From Deltaproteobacteria bacterium (GTDB lineage Bacteria > Myxococcota_A > Polyangia > HGW-17), in NCBI GenBank assembly GCA_027858615.1, contig JAQICJ010000214.1, positions 1 through 48,957 on the forward strand: a DNA stretch of 48,957 bases, written 5' to 3'. Below the pieces are notes generated by a model. The model did no database searches. It worked only from the letters and a program-made list of their open reading frames with translations, and was not told the origin of the DNA. How positions within the stretch are numbered: position 1 is the first letter of the stretch; each line of letters starts with the position of its first letter. The position numbers were made by a program, and so were the translations under genes. Shown here in pieces: positions 18,976-29,054 of the stretch.

Positions 18976-20259
18976 TTATTCAGGTTTTTTTGATTTGTTG
19001 AAAAAAGCTATGAGCCAGAGTATCGAAAAGATAGACAAAAATATGTAGTTATTTTCTGATGGCTCCAAGTCTCCTTCTTCTATTTTTTTGATAATATCTA
19101 TGCCAATTGAGGAACTGCCAATATAGGAGACAAATAAAAGTATTTTCATTGACATACTTCTGATTTTGCCTTTTTCTCTGTTTCTTCTGAAGCCTTTTAG
19201 AAATAGAAGGAAAAAGTTGAAGGTAGAAAATCCCATTAGCAAAAGCAAAAGGGGTTTATGAATTTCCTCGTTAAACTCACTAAGATATCCCAGTGTAGCT
19301 AATCCGAAAATTAATACTCCAAATGAACCCAGCAGAGCATACACAAGACCCAAAAATCCACGGCTGTTTTTTCTGGGAGGAGGAAGATGTACACCTGAAA
19401 TATTGTTTTTTTCAGTTTCAGTGAGGTTTTCCACCGGCAAGGTAACCAGTTGATTTGCCTGAACTTGGTTCAATTCGTTTAGTACCGGCTCTGATTTTAT
19501 GACATTTTTTAAAAGAATTTCGAGTTTGGTTACAGGGATTTCATAATAAAGAGATAAAAAGTAAACATTGTATTTCTTCATTTTGCGCAACAGAAAAATT
19601 CCAATAACAACCATTGGTAGAATCATTGAGCCAATAATTACAGCAAGTTCACTGATCGACGGATTTGCCATGGTATAGTGTTGGTAAAAAAGCACAGCAT
19701 CATAAACACCATGGAAAGTTATTGGAAGGATGAGAGCTGAAACCCAGAAAGGTGCAGGAGAAAGGTGTTTCGGGGTGAACTTTGCTCTGCCTATGTAATA
19801 TCCCATGATTAAGCCACAGAAAAGATGCAAGGGGATGGCTGATACAGCTCTGACCAATGCTAATTGTATTCCTCCGGCACTGACATAGAAGAAGTTTTCC
19901 AGTACTGCAAAACCAAGAGATGACGCAGTAGCGTAAATGATGCCGTCAAAGGGCTCATCAAATTCTTTACGATTGTATGCTACCCAGTAGACGGTGAGTA
20001 ATTTAAACAGTTCTTCCGGAATGGCAGCCCAGAAAAAGGCTTCATAAAAAGACCGCTGCAAGGGCGCTTCAGGGGTTCCGTATGTTTTGATAATGCTGAC
20101 GACTATAATAACAGGGATGGCTATCAGAGCTCCAAATAAGGTGACTTTTGCAATTAATTTGGCTGGTTCTCTGTGTTCATCGTGGGAATAGATGAATAAA
20201 AAAATAAGAAAGGCTGGAACAACAGTAGCCAGAATTGTAAGCAGACTATTTGCGCTCAT
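18976..20259 (-). CDS. PrsW family intramembrane protease with C-terminal TM extension
   Basis: PEELFK, FDEPFDGIIY, GFAVLEN, PLH, FHGVYD. Confidence 0.9.
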   Translation of the reverse strand: MSANSLLTILATVVPAFLIFLFIYSHDEHREPAKLIAKVTLFGALIAIPVIIVVSIIKTYGTPEAPLQRSFYEAFFWAAIPEELFKLLTVYWVAYNRKEFDEPFDGIIYATASSLGFAVLENFFYVSAGGIQLALVRAVSAIPLHLFCGLIMGYYIGRAKFTPKHLSPAPFWVSALILPITFHGVYDAVLFYQHYTMANPSISELAVIIGSMILPMVVIGIFLLRKMKKYNVYFLSLYYEIPVTKLEILLKNVIKSEPVLNELNQVQANQLVTLPVENLTETEKNNISGVHLPPPRKNSRGFLGLVYALLGSFGVLIFGLATLGYLSEFNEEIHKPLLLLLMGFSTFNFFLLFLKGFRRNREKGKIRSMSMKILLFVSYIGSSSIGIDIIKKIEEGDLEPSENNYIFLSIFSILWLIAFFNKSKKPE

Positions 20260-20263
20260 ATAA

Positions 20264-22039
20264 TTACTCTGAATATTTTAATCGGGAGTCGTCAATTGCT
20301 TCTTCAAAATTTTTGATGAAAAGTTGAATAATTCCTTTGGCAGTTTGCATTTCAAGAGCTTGTTCAGTGATCTTTTCAACTTTACGCAATTCAATATTGC
20401 GAATAAGCTTTTTGATGTGGGGGATATAAGCAGGAGGCATGGATAAATTTTCAATTCCCATTCCTATCAGGATAAGAGCAGCAATAGGATCTGTAGCGGT
20501 ATCACCACAGACGGAAATAGGGATTTTAGCATTTTTAGCGGATTTTATGGTTCTTTTGATTAATCGCAGAATTCCTGGATGCAAAGGCTGATAGAGATCG
20601 GAAATCATGTCATTATTGCGATCTATCCCCAGAGAATATTGGGTTAAATCGTTGGAACCGATTGAAAAGAAATCGGATTTGGTAGCCAGATGGTCAGATA
20701 TCATGCAGGCAGAAGGTAGTTCGATCATGGTTCCGATTGAGATATTGTCTGGAATATCATGTCCTTCTTGTAATAGTTCGTTGATGCATTCCCAATAGAC
20801 TTCTTTCGCACTGAGAAATTCCTCCATGGAGCCAACCAGAGGAAACATGATACGCAGTTCTACACTATGATTTTTAATATATGCTCGCAGGATTCCTCTT
20901 AATTGTGATTTGAGAATAGTTCGTTCTTTCAGAGCCAGTCTGATGGAGCGTAGTCCGAGAGCAGGATTCGGTTCATTGCTGAAATCAGCCTCCAGGGGAA
21001 ATTTGTCTCCGCCCAAATCAAAAGTTCTGATGGTGATAGGAGAGATGGAACTGCTTTCAAGAAGTTTCAGAGTGTCTTTAAAGTGTAGTTTTTCATCAAG
21101 AGCATCACGAAAATTATTGATAAAAAGAAATTCCGTACGATAAAGACCGATCCCCTCTGCACCATGACTGTTTGCAGCCTCTATTTCATTGACGAAATCA
21201 ATATTGGCACTGATTTTTATGGTGTAATCGTCCTTGGTTTTGGCAGGTTTGGCACTTTGTTTAAGTAGATTCTGCTCGAAGGCCAAGGCTTTGTGCATTC
21301 TGGTTCTGTATTTCTGAACCATTTCCACGTCGGGGTTGGCGATAAGTTGACCTGAATTTGCATCAAGAAGCAGAAGATCTCCTGTGCCCACTTCAGTTGT
21401 AATATTTTTGATGCCCACAATAGTTGGTATTTCAAATGCTTTGGCGATAATAATCGTGTGGGAAGTTTTTCCGCCTTTTTCGATGACCATTCCAGAGATT
21501 GCATTTTTGCCAATTTGGATTGTTTCCGCCGGGCTCAGTTCTTTGGCCACGACAATTGCATCAGGAGGAGGTTGGGCAATATAGTTGTTTTTACCTGAAA
21601 GATTTCGAATCAGACGTCTAGATACAAATTTTAAATCAGAAATTCTTTCTTGCATGTATTCATCATCAACGCTGAGAAACAGAGTTTTCCATTTTTCCAG
21701 GGTTTTATTTATCGCCCATTCAGCATTGACCAATTCATGCCTGATTGTTTCGATTACTTGTTTTTGCAGTTCTTCATCCTGAATCATCATTTGATGAGCT
21801 TCAAGAATATGACCAGGATCCTTGTGATCTGCAGAAATTTTATTTTTGATCATTTCGAGTTCATCAAAGCCTTTTTTCAAAGCATTCTTGAACCGATCAA
21901 TTTCAATCTCGACTTGTTGAGAAACAATATGACTGTGGGTGTCAGTATCTTTTTCTCTTTCAATTACAAAGGCTCTGCCAATCACAATACCTGGGATTAC
22001 CCCATTTCCCTGGTAATATTGATTTTTGATTTTCATCAA
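20264..22039 (-). CDS. ptsI: PTS enzyme I
   Basis: GGKTSH phospho-His, GLYRTEFLF, RTFDLGGDK, NPALGLRSIR, SIGSNDLTQY. Confidence 0.97.
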   Translation of the reverse strand: MMKIKNQYYQGNGVIPGIVIGRAFVIEREKDTDTHSHIVSQQVEIEIDRFKNALKKGFDELEMIKNKISADHKDPGHILEAHQMMIQDEELQKQVIETIRHELVNAEWAINKTLEKWKTLFLSVDDEYMQERISDLKFVSRRLIRNLSGKNNYIAQPPPDAIVVAKELSPAETIQIGKNAISGMVIEKGGKTSHTIIIAKAFEIPTIVGIKNITTEVGTGDLLLLDANSGQLIANPDVEMVQKYRTRMHKALAFEQNLLKQSAKPAKTKDDYTIKISANIDFVNEIEAANSHGAEGIGLYRTEFLFINNFRDALDEKLHFKDTLKLLESSSISPITIRTFDLGGDKFPLEADFSNEPNPALGLRSIRLALKERTILKSQLRGILRAYIKNHSVELRIMFPLVGSMEEFLSAKEVYWECINELLQEGHDIPDNISIGTMIELPSACMISDHLATKSDFFSIGSNDLTQYSLGIDRNNDMISDLYQPLHPGILRLIKRTIKSAKNAKIPISVCGDTATDPIAALILIGMGIENLSMPPAYIPHIKKLIRNIELRKVEKITEQALEMQTAKGIIQLFIKNFEEAIDDSRLKYSE

Positions 22040-22320
22040 TTATTTTCCTCAAGGTTGAATTTATTGTTGATAAGCTCGGCCAAAACGGAAACAGCTTCAG
22101 CAGCATCTTCTCCAACAGCAGTGATTTTAAGGGTGCAGCCCTTGAAAGCCAGAAGACCGAGCAAACTCATTATGCTTTTACCATTAGCTATTGCATCTTT
22201 GTGGAATACTTCAATTTCAGATTCGAATTTATTGGCATTTTCCACGAAAACTTTAGCTGGTCTGGCATGAAGTCCCTGGCTGTTTTTGATAGTAACTTCA
22301 ACCTCATGAATTTTGCTCAA
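22036..22320 (-). CDS. ptsH: Phosphocarrier HPr
   Basis: GLHARPA (His15) and KSIMSLL (Ser46). Confidence 0.97.
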   Translation of the reverse strand: MSKIHEVEVTIKNSQGLHARPAKVFVENANKFESEIEVFHKDAIANGKSIMSLLGLLAFKGCTLKITAVGEDAAEAVSVLAELINNKFNLEENN

Positions 22321-22477
22321 GATTTTTCTCCTTAAAATCCAAAATTAAATCTATAACCGATTAAATTTACAATAGAATGGCAGGTGGTTGCAACCAGAAA
22401 ATTTTTTATCTGCACTGGATTGTCCTTTTTTGCTTACATTGCACCAAGATGGGGTAAATCATCAGAAGATGTGTGGG

Positions 22478-23344
22478 TTAAACTTGTGGGAGGAGTTCAA
22501 GGTTTAGATCCCTGTGTCTGAATTCGGAATTGAAGCCTTTTGTCTTGAGAAGGCCACTTAGTTCTTCGGTGATATAAACGCTTCTGTGTTTACCTCCTGT
22601 GCAACCAATACCGCAATTGAGATAGGTTTTCCCTTCTTTTTGGTATTTGGGAATCAGATAGATCAAAAGGGCAAGAGTCTTATCCAAAAATTCAGATGGT
22701 TCCTCATGTTCTTGGAAAAATTTAATAATCTGGGGAGAATTACCAGGCAGACCGGAGAGTCTTTCCACAAAATAAGGGTTAGGCAAAAATCTTACATCAA
22801 AAACCAGATCGGCTTCAGTAAGAATCCCTCTACTGAAGCCGAAAGAAACAATATTTATTATCAATTCAGGTCTGGGATATTGTGAAAAAATATTGAGGAT
22901 TTTGGAACGCAGTTCATGGGCTGTTAACTCTGAAGTATCTACAATTATGGAGTTATCTGATATGATTCTGGAAAGGAATTCCTTTTCCGTTTTAATGGTT
23001 TTAAGTAGAAATCTTCCACCTAAGGGATGAGGACGCCTGGTTGTTTTATAGCGTTTTATAATGGTTTTCTGGGAAGCTTTAAGAAAAATGATTTGCAGAT
23101 AGTGCCCTGCTCGTAGTAACTCATTTTTGATCTTGTCCCATTCATCCAAGTAGATACGGTTACGGACATCAATGACAATTGCTGCTTTTTCAACATTATT
23201 TCCAGTTGTTTCAAGTAAATCTACAAAATTTTTAAGCAAAGGTATGGGAAGATTGTCTACGGTATAGAAACCCAAATCTTCCAAAGTGTGCAAAGCGATA
23301 GTTTTTCCTGCACCTGAAAATCCGCTTACAATGATTAATTTCAT
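22478..23344 (-). CDS. rapZ: RapZ/YvcJ P-loop protein
   Basis: GFSGAGKT, DNLP, DVRFLPNP, GCTGGKHRS. Confidence 0.96.
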   Translation of the reverse strand: MKLIIVSGFSGAGKTIALHTLEDLGFYTVDNLPIPLLKNFVDLLETTGNNVEKAAIVIDVRNRIYLDEWDKIKNELLRAGHYLQIIFLKASQKTIIKRYKTTRRPHPLGGRFLLKTIKTEKEFLSRIISDNSIIVDTSELTAHELRSKILNIFSQYPRPELIINIVSFGFSRGILTEADLVFDVRFLPNPYFVERLSGLPGNSPQIIKFFQEHEEPSEFLDKTLALLIYLIPKYQKEGKTYLNCGIGCTGGKHRSVYITEELSGLLKTKGFNSEFRHRDLNLELLPQV

Positions 23345-24306
23345 TCGACAATTTCCTCCAAAATAAAATTGGAACTGTTTTTGTGAAGAGCTTCTTCAAG
23401 TTTTTTCTGGAAAATTTTGGCGCTGTTTATTCCTCACAGTTTGAGGATTCGATCCCGGGCTGCAACTTCGATGATAGTGGCCATAGTTTTTCCCGGTCTG
23501 ACCGGAAGTATCAGTAACGGAACACTAAGACCGAGAATTTCGGTAGAATGGTCGTCAAGTCCAAGCCTTTCATATTCTTCTTCACTTTCCCATTTTTCAA
23601 GATTAATAATCAGTTCTATTTTTTTCTTGTCACGTACACTGGCAGGACCGAATAATCTGGGAATACTGATAATTCCGAGTCCTCTGATTTCCATATGATG
23701 TTTAACTACAGGAGTTCCTCTTCCTTCCAAAACATCGGGGTGATGTTTATGTATTTCCACAGAATCATCAGCCACCAGACTGTGTCCCCTGGAGATAAGA
23801 TCAAGGGCGATTTCACTTTTGCCGATCCCACTTTTACCTTTCAACAACACTCCAATTCCGAAAACATCCAGAAGTACTCCGTGTAATCGGGTTACTTCCC
23901 TGGTATATTCCTCAAGAATGCTGGAAAGTTTGTCAATAAATTCAGAAGTATTACGGGAGGTAGTTAACAAAGTTGTTTTTGTTTGCGTTGAAATGGTTTT
24001 AAGGCATTTGGGGATTTTTAGTTGCTTGGTAACTATTGAACACGCTGGCTCCATTTCAAAAAGATTTTCCAAGGCTTCTTTGCGCTTTTCTTCAGACAAA
24101 TTAAACAGAAAACTGATTTCAGTGGAGCCGAAAATTACAATGCCATTGTTTACCCGGTTGCTCTCTATTCCTGTGAGAAGCAGTCCTGCTGTAAAATAAC
24201 GGGAATTTGAAAGATTTTTCCAGGTACCCTCTGGATATTTGACAATTTTCAGATCCAGATAAGTACCTGCATTTTCAAGAAGTTGTTTAATTGTAAAATT
24301 GCTCAT
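23341..24306 (-). CDS. hprK: HPr kinase/phosphorylase with an in-frame TGA at 23436-23434
   Basis: HGVLLDV, GKSGIGKSE, LVADD, MEIRGLGII; frame stays open for 30 codons past the TGA to a stop overlapping the rapZ ATG. Confidence 0.93.
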
Positions 24307-24494
24307 AACAAGTATATTTCCAGGGAAATGTAACTACGTTTGTTTATCTGACGGCTGATTTATTGAAGAAGAACTGAACTTTCCCACCGATAGTACCAGC
24401 ATCAATTGTTATTTTGCTTTATTAGTGCTCAAATTTCAATCTTTTATTCGATCTTTAATCTAAGGGTATGTATCAAAATGTGAGGTTATAAGTC

Positions 24495-24702
24495 AGTTCC
24501 CGTTTCAGAACGGGGGTTATTGGTTGAGGAAAGAGTTGGATTGAGATGTGCGGAGAAAATTTGCAAACAGTGTAAATGCGATTTTTAAAAAGTTTGCTTG
24601 GTACAAAGCAATTAGATTTCGGCTCTATACTAAAAATTATGTGGGAATAGCATTCAAATTCCCGGGGAATAGGGTTTTCAGAATAACCCCGTTACGGAAA
24701 CC
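24495..24702 (+). mobile_element. Eroded MITE copy with remnant inverted ends
   Basis: Left end AGTTCCCGTTTCAGAACGGGGGTTATT is colinear with copy 2 for about 100 bp; right end AATAACCCCGTTACGGAAACC. Confidence 0.65.
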
Positions 24703-24767
24703 AAAGGTTTTTTTACAAAATTTAATAAAAAACTTGAGTCTATCCTACAATGTAGTAGGATGTATGT

Positions 24768-25136
24768 ATGGAACGAATGATTTTTAATTTAAACAATGTT
24801 CAGGAAAGAAGAAATCATATTCGTATTCCTATTATCATTTCGGTAAAGGAATACTCTGCCAGTGGGGTTACCCTTTGTCTCTCCCGTGATATCAGTCCGG
24901 GGGGAATGGCTTTGCGAAGAGCTGCCAATGGCGAGGCTCCGGAAGGTGAGGTGATTCTGGAATTCAATTTACCTGGAGTTGATGAGAAACTCCAGGTAAA
25001 GAGTGAATTTCTCAGAAGTACTCAGAACAAAAAAATACAGAGTGGAGTTGTAAAATTTAGCCAATTGCCCCAGAAACTGCAAAAGTGGTTTGAACTAACG
25101 GGTGAGCTTTATCAACGTCAAACTTACATAACCTGA
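24768..25136 (+). CDS. Stand-alone PilZ domain protein
   Basis: RxxxR (ERRNHIR) and DxSxxG (DISPGG) both intact; LEFNLPG. Confidence 0.85.
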   Translation: MERMIFNLNNVQERRNHIRIPIIISVKEYSASGVTLCLSRDISPGGMALRRAANGEAPEGEVILEFNLPGVDEKLQVKSEFLRSTQNKKIQSGVVKFSQLPQKLQKWFELTGELYQRQTYIT

Positions 25137-25351
25137 GAATTTTTTGGAACTTATCCTGCCTCTGAGATTGTTATTCCCACCTGTTGGTTTTTCTTGAATC
25201 ATCGCCTTTATCTTTTCTGCCCAACTCCAATTCAGGCCAATAATCCCATGTTTTTATTCAGTTGATTTATTAATCAAGTTTTGTTAAAACTTGATTAAAG
25301 TTTTTGATTTTGAATAGTTCCAATTATTTTTCAATATCCTTGGAGGAAAAA

Positions 25352-26431
25352 ATGAAAAGATCCATCTTACTGAGTTTGACATTTTCTTTTATAATCGGCA
25401 TTTTTACAGTATCCTGCAAAAAAGAACAAAAGATTATTAAATTAGGTAAAAAATGTGAAAAGGGTGACAAGTGTGAAAAAGGCAGTAAATGTCTGGGAGG
25501 AAAATGTGAAGATATCACCGGGGACAATCCGGAATGCAAATATCTGAAAAAAGCATCCCAATCCATCATGGAAGCTAATCCCAAAAAACTGCTTTCAGGC
25601 GTTAATTTCAAATATGACAAGGATATTATTTCTACTATTCCTTCTCAGGCTGGCAATATTTATAAAGCTTTTTCCAAAAGCATTGGACGCTCTGAATGTA
25701 AAAGAATAATCAATTGTGAATTGCCCAAACTTGGAGTTGGTTATGAGTGGTTCTGGACCAGAGCTGCCTGGAATGCAACTAAAAAGATCCCCAAAGGCGG
25801 CAAAAAAGTTCCTCAGGGTATTGTCAAGGTTGTCAGTGCCAATACAGAGCAGGCCAGTATTGGAGAAGATCCTAAAGAGTTTCCAGCCATAAAAATCAAA
25901 CAAATGGATGATCACCGTATTGGTTGCAGAGGCAAAGTCAAAGTCAGAGTAAGCGATAAATTTTCCGGGTTTGTAACCTTCCATTTCTGGAAAAAAGATA
26001 AATGCAAATTTGTTCCTGCCGAAAAGGGCAACAAAGATTCTCAGCCCAAGTTTGAGTGCGATGGTACTAAAAAGCTGGTACATCCTCATTATACCTATAC
26101 TGTTTATCTTTCCCCCATGTCTTCTTCCGAGTTGAAACAGCGCAAAGGCAAGAAAAAGGATACAACCTTCCTCACTGGAAATCCAGGAACCTATCTGCTG
26201 GATGTCTGGGCCTACAATCCCATAAACGAAGAAAAATTAGGGATGCATAAACAATTTGAAAACGAAACTGAAATGAAAGCTTATCCTTCATTCAAATTTT
26301 GTCCCAAATACACTGATGATAAATTCAACAATGGTTGTGGCTGTATAGGACTGATGGAAAACAAAATCACAATTTCAGTCAACCCCGATCCTTTCTATCT
26401 TTCCTACGACGAGAAAAAATGTACGGAATAA
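25352..26431 (+). CDS. Hypothetical Lys/Cys-rich lipoprotein
   Basis: GGAGG before ATG 25352; lipobox TVSC; CEKGDKCEKGSKCLGGKC motif. Confidence 0.8.
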   Translation: MKRSILLSLTFSFIIGIFTVSCKKEQKIIKLGKKCEKGDKCEKGSKCLGGKCEDITGDNPECKYLKKASQSIMEANPKKLLSGVNFKYDKDIISTIPSQAGNIYKAFSKSIGRSECKRIINCELPKLGVGYEWFWTRAAWNATKKIPKGGKKVPQGIVKVVSANTEQASIGEDPKEFPAIKIKQMDDHRIGCRGKVKVRVSDKFSGFVTFHFWKKDKCKFVPAEKGNKDSQPKFECDGTKKLVHPHYTYTVYLSPMSSSELKQRKGKKKDTTFLTGNPGTYLLDVWAYNPINEEKLGMHKQFENETEMKAYPSFKFCPKYTDDKFNNGCGCIGLMENKITISVNPDPFYLSYDEKKCTE

Positions 26432-26657
26432 CGCTCCACGCTTAAATCCCCATTTCTGTTTCTTTTCATAAAGTTCCCTTCATAAACAGAGTTTATTCTT
26501 TCATTCTCTTCCTCTTGTTTTTTATCTGCCCTGAAATTGTGTTTATCTTAATATCCAGAATCAGGTTTATCTATTTTGTTATCTTTGATATATTTTCGGT
26601 TGCAGGGGTTTAAGTGAATAATAATTATCCCGGTTATACAAACAGGAACTTTTCCGA

Positions 26658-27293
26658 ATGTTTATCAGAAAAATCAAAAATAAATTAATTTATCTGTTTA
26701 CCAGTTATTTTATCATTGTTTTTTCCTTTTTTCTCCTGGGAGTTTCAACTTTTTATTATATAAATGCTGAAAACTACAGGCTAAAACTCAAAGAAAAAAA
26801 TGTTTCATTCTTTAAAAATGGACAATTGGTGAAGATTTCGAAGATTATTGATGGAGATGAGCTTCAGGTGCAGGCAGATAATGAAAAAAATACTGTTATT
26901 CGTTTATTGGGGATAAAATCTTTTAAACCTGGTAATGATTTTCTTTTTCCTGATTTTGGCAAAAAGTGCATGAAATTTATGAATACCAATGCTCTTAATC
27001 GCAAAGCACGCATTGAAATCGGCAAAACAAAAACTGACAGTAAAAAACGCATTTTGGCTCGGCTGCTGGTTTTTAACCAAAATAGCGGCAAATATGACAG
27101 GGATGTAGCTACCCAATTGCTGAGTCGTGGTCTGACAATAGTGTATACCAAATATCCTTTTTCCAGAATTAGGGAATATCTCCAGGTTGAAAATCTGGCC
27201 CGTAAAAACAAATTGGGAATATGGGGTAATAAACATTCCATTGATGTTGCAATTGCCCTCAAAAAAAAGTGGCTTAAAGAACAGATTAAATAA
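26658..27293 (+). CDS. Thermonuclease (SNase)-like protein with N-terminal TM and degenerate active site
   Basis: IIDGDE, IRLLGI, D..KRILA, LLSRGL, ARKNKLGIWG. Confidence 0.85.
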   Translation: MFIRKIKNKLIYLFTSYFIIVFSFFLLGVSTFYYINAENYRLKLKEKNVSFFKNGQLVKISKIIDGDELQVQADNEKNTVIRLLGIKSFKPGNDFLFPDFGKKCMKFMNTNALNRKARIEIGKTKTDSKKRILARLLVFNQNSGKYDRDVATQLLSRGLTIVYTKYPFSRIREYLQVENLARKNKLGIWGNKHSIDVAIALKKKWLKEQIK

Positions 27294-27295
27294 AC

Positions 27296-28342
27296 ATGCT
27301 AAAACTTCTCACCAATCTTTTTCAAATTGCCCATTACAAACTAAGTCAACGCTGGTTTGTTATCATGTTTTTTCTGTTTTCCATCATCACCTATTCAGCA
27401 ACGGGGTTTATGTATTTTGAGCTTTCCCGGAAACCAAATCTGGAATGGGTGGATGCGTTCTGGTGGTCCATAGTTACGACCACAACTGTTGGCTATGGAG
27501 ATTATTTTCCTGAGACTTTTTACGGGAAAGTGCTTGTTGGTCTTCCCACCATGCTTTTGGGGGTGTCAATTCTGGGTTACCTGCTCTCCTATGTGGCCTC
27601 GGCAATCATGGAATCCAAATTAAAGGAGATGCGCGGAATGAAAAGTGTAAGCCTGACCGATCATATAATTATCTGCCGATATAACTCTATTGGCAGGATT
27701 CTCAATCTGGTAAATGAAATCAAAGAAGATGTAATGACCCTGAAAACCAAAGTTGTACTAATTGATGAAGAACTTGAGGAAATTCCCCAGGAGCTCTATC
27801 AACTGGGAATTCATTTTGTCAAAGGGGATCCCGCCAGGGAAAATATTTTAAAAATGGCTAATTTCAAACAATCGCGTTCGATAATTGTACCTGCCATAGA
27901 AAATGATCTGATAAATTCCGATCATCGCAATCTAGCTGTAGTTTTATCAATAGAAAGGTTGCATCCACCTTGTAAAACTGTTGTTGAATGTGTAAATCCT
28001 GAGAATGAAATATTTTTCAAAAGAGCCGGGTGTGATTCCGTTATTACTCTGGCTGCTTTGACCAATCAGATTCTGGTCCAGGAATTGCTTGATCCGGGAG
28101 TTCATTCGGTTATTTCAGAATTAACCAGTAATGTTGTGGGAAATCAGATTTATATTGTGGATATCAATGAAAAACTAAAAAATTATGGAGAGTTGCGTAA
28201 AAAATATGCAGAACAAAAATCTTCTCTTCTGGGTATTCGTCGTGGTCATGAAAACATTTTTCTACCTGGTGATTCTTTTTCTCTGCAAAAAAAGGATAAG
28301 CTCATCCTGGTTTCAAAAAAGCGTCCCGGTAGCTTATTTTGA
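27296..28342 (+). CDS. 2-TM potassium channel with RCK domains (MthK/Kch-like)
   Basis: TTTTVGYGD selectivity filter; FVKGDP; RCK-C LLGIRRG. Confidence 0.95.
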   Translation: MLKLLTNLFQIAHYKLSQRWFVIMFFLFSIITYSATGFMYFELSRKPNLEWVDAFWWSIVTTTTVGYGDYFPETFYGKVLVGLPTMLLGVSILGYLLSYVASAIMESKLKEMRGMKSVSLTDHIIICRYNSIGRILNLVNEIKEDVMTLKTKVVLIDEELEEIPQELYQLGIHFVKGDPARENILKMANFKQSRSIIVPAIENDLINSDHRNLAVVLSIERLHPPCKTVVECVNPENEIFFKRAGCDSVITLAALTNQILVQELLDPGVHSVISELTSNVVGNQIYIVDINEKLKNYGELRKKYAEQKSSLLGIRRGHENIFLPGDSFSLQKKDKLILVSKKRPGSLF

Positions 28343-28394
28343 GTATAACTGCGAAAATTTGTCAAATCTATAAAAGTAACTATCATATTTCAGT

Positions 28395-28559
28395 TAGTTC
28401 CCATCCCAGAATGGGGTTTTTGACTGAATGAGAAGTTTGCCTCAGATGCGAGGAGAAACTTCGCCGACATAGTTGATACTATTTCAAGAAGTTACGACAA
28501 AGCAGATGAGGTAAATTTCCGCATTCAGACGATGACCTTCCTTTTTGGGATGGGAACTA
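28395..28559 (+). mobile_element. MITE-like palindromic element, intact copy 2
   Basis: Perfect terminal inverted repeats TAGTTCCCATCCCA...TGGGATGGGAACTA; nested internal inverted arms. Confidence 0.9.
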
Positions 28560-28601
28560 ACTATGTTTGTATTCGATAAAATAAATTGTGGAGGTATAAT
28601 T

Positions 28602-29054
28602 TTGAGTAAGAAAAAAGTGACGAGGTTAATTGTAGTGGATAAACCGGAAGATTTTCCCGAGGGATGTAACCGTGATGTACTGGCTCAATTTCTGCACAGA
28701 GTGATGAAGCCGTGGGAAGATAAGCTTGAGGATATAAAAAAGGGCTTGGAATACAGCTTTAATCCAGATCGGGGCGGATTTATCATTTTGGCCTATCGGG
28801 AGAATAAACTGGTTGGAGCTACAGTTTTTCTTTTTACCGGAATGAAAGGTTATGTTCCTGAAAATATTCTACTTTTTATTGGAGTGGAACCTGAAATGAG
28901 AGGCAAGAGGATTGGTACTACTATCATGGAGGCGGCTCTGAAACGGTGCCAGGGAGATATTAAGCTCCATGTGGAATCTGATAACCCGGCAAGCCATCTT
29001 TATAAAAGAATGGGGTTTGCCAAGAAATATGATGAGATGAGATATGTCAGTTAG
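28602..29054 (+). CDS. GNAT N-acetyltransferase
   Basis: VEPEMRGKRIG, KLHVESDNPA..LYKRMGF; GGAGG at 28590 supports a TTG start at 28602 (ORF-track start lies inside the MITE). Confidence 0.9.
   Translation: MSKKKVTRLIVVDKPEDFPEGCNRDVLAQFLHRVMKPWEDKLEDIKKGLEYSFNPDRGGFIILAYRENKLVGATVFLFTGMKGYVPENILLFIGVEPEMRGKRIGTTIMEAALKRCQGDIKLHVESDNPASHLYKRMGFAKKYDEMRYVS

Noticed and set aside
23434-23436. Genome-wide UGA reassignment or selenocysteine at the hprK TGA
   Set aside because: TGA ends other genes at natural positions (ptsH, K+ channel, ATGA overlaps); the site is not a Cys position and I see no convincing SECIS hairpin
28545-28601. N-terminal extension of the GNAT ORF
   Set aside because: Begins in the MITE terminus; a better RBS and start lie at 28590-28604
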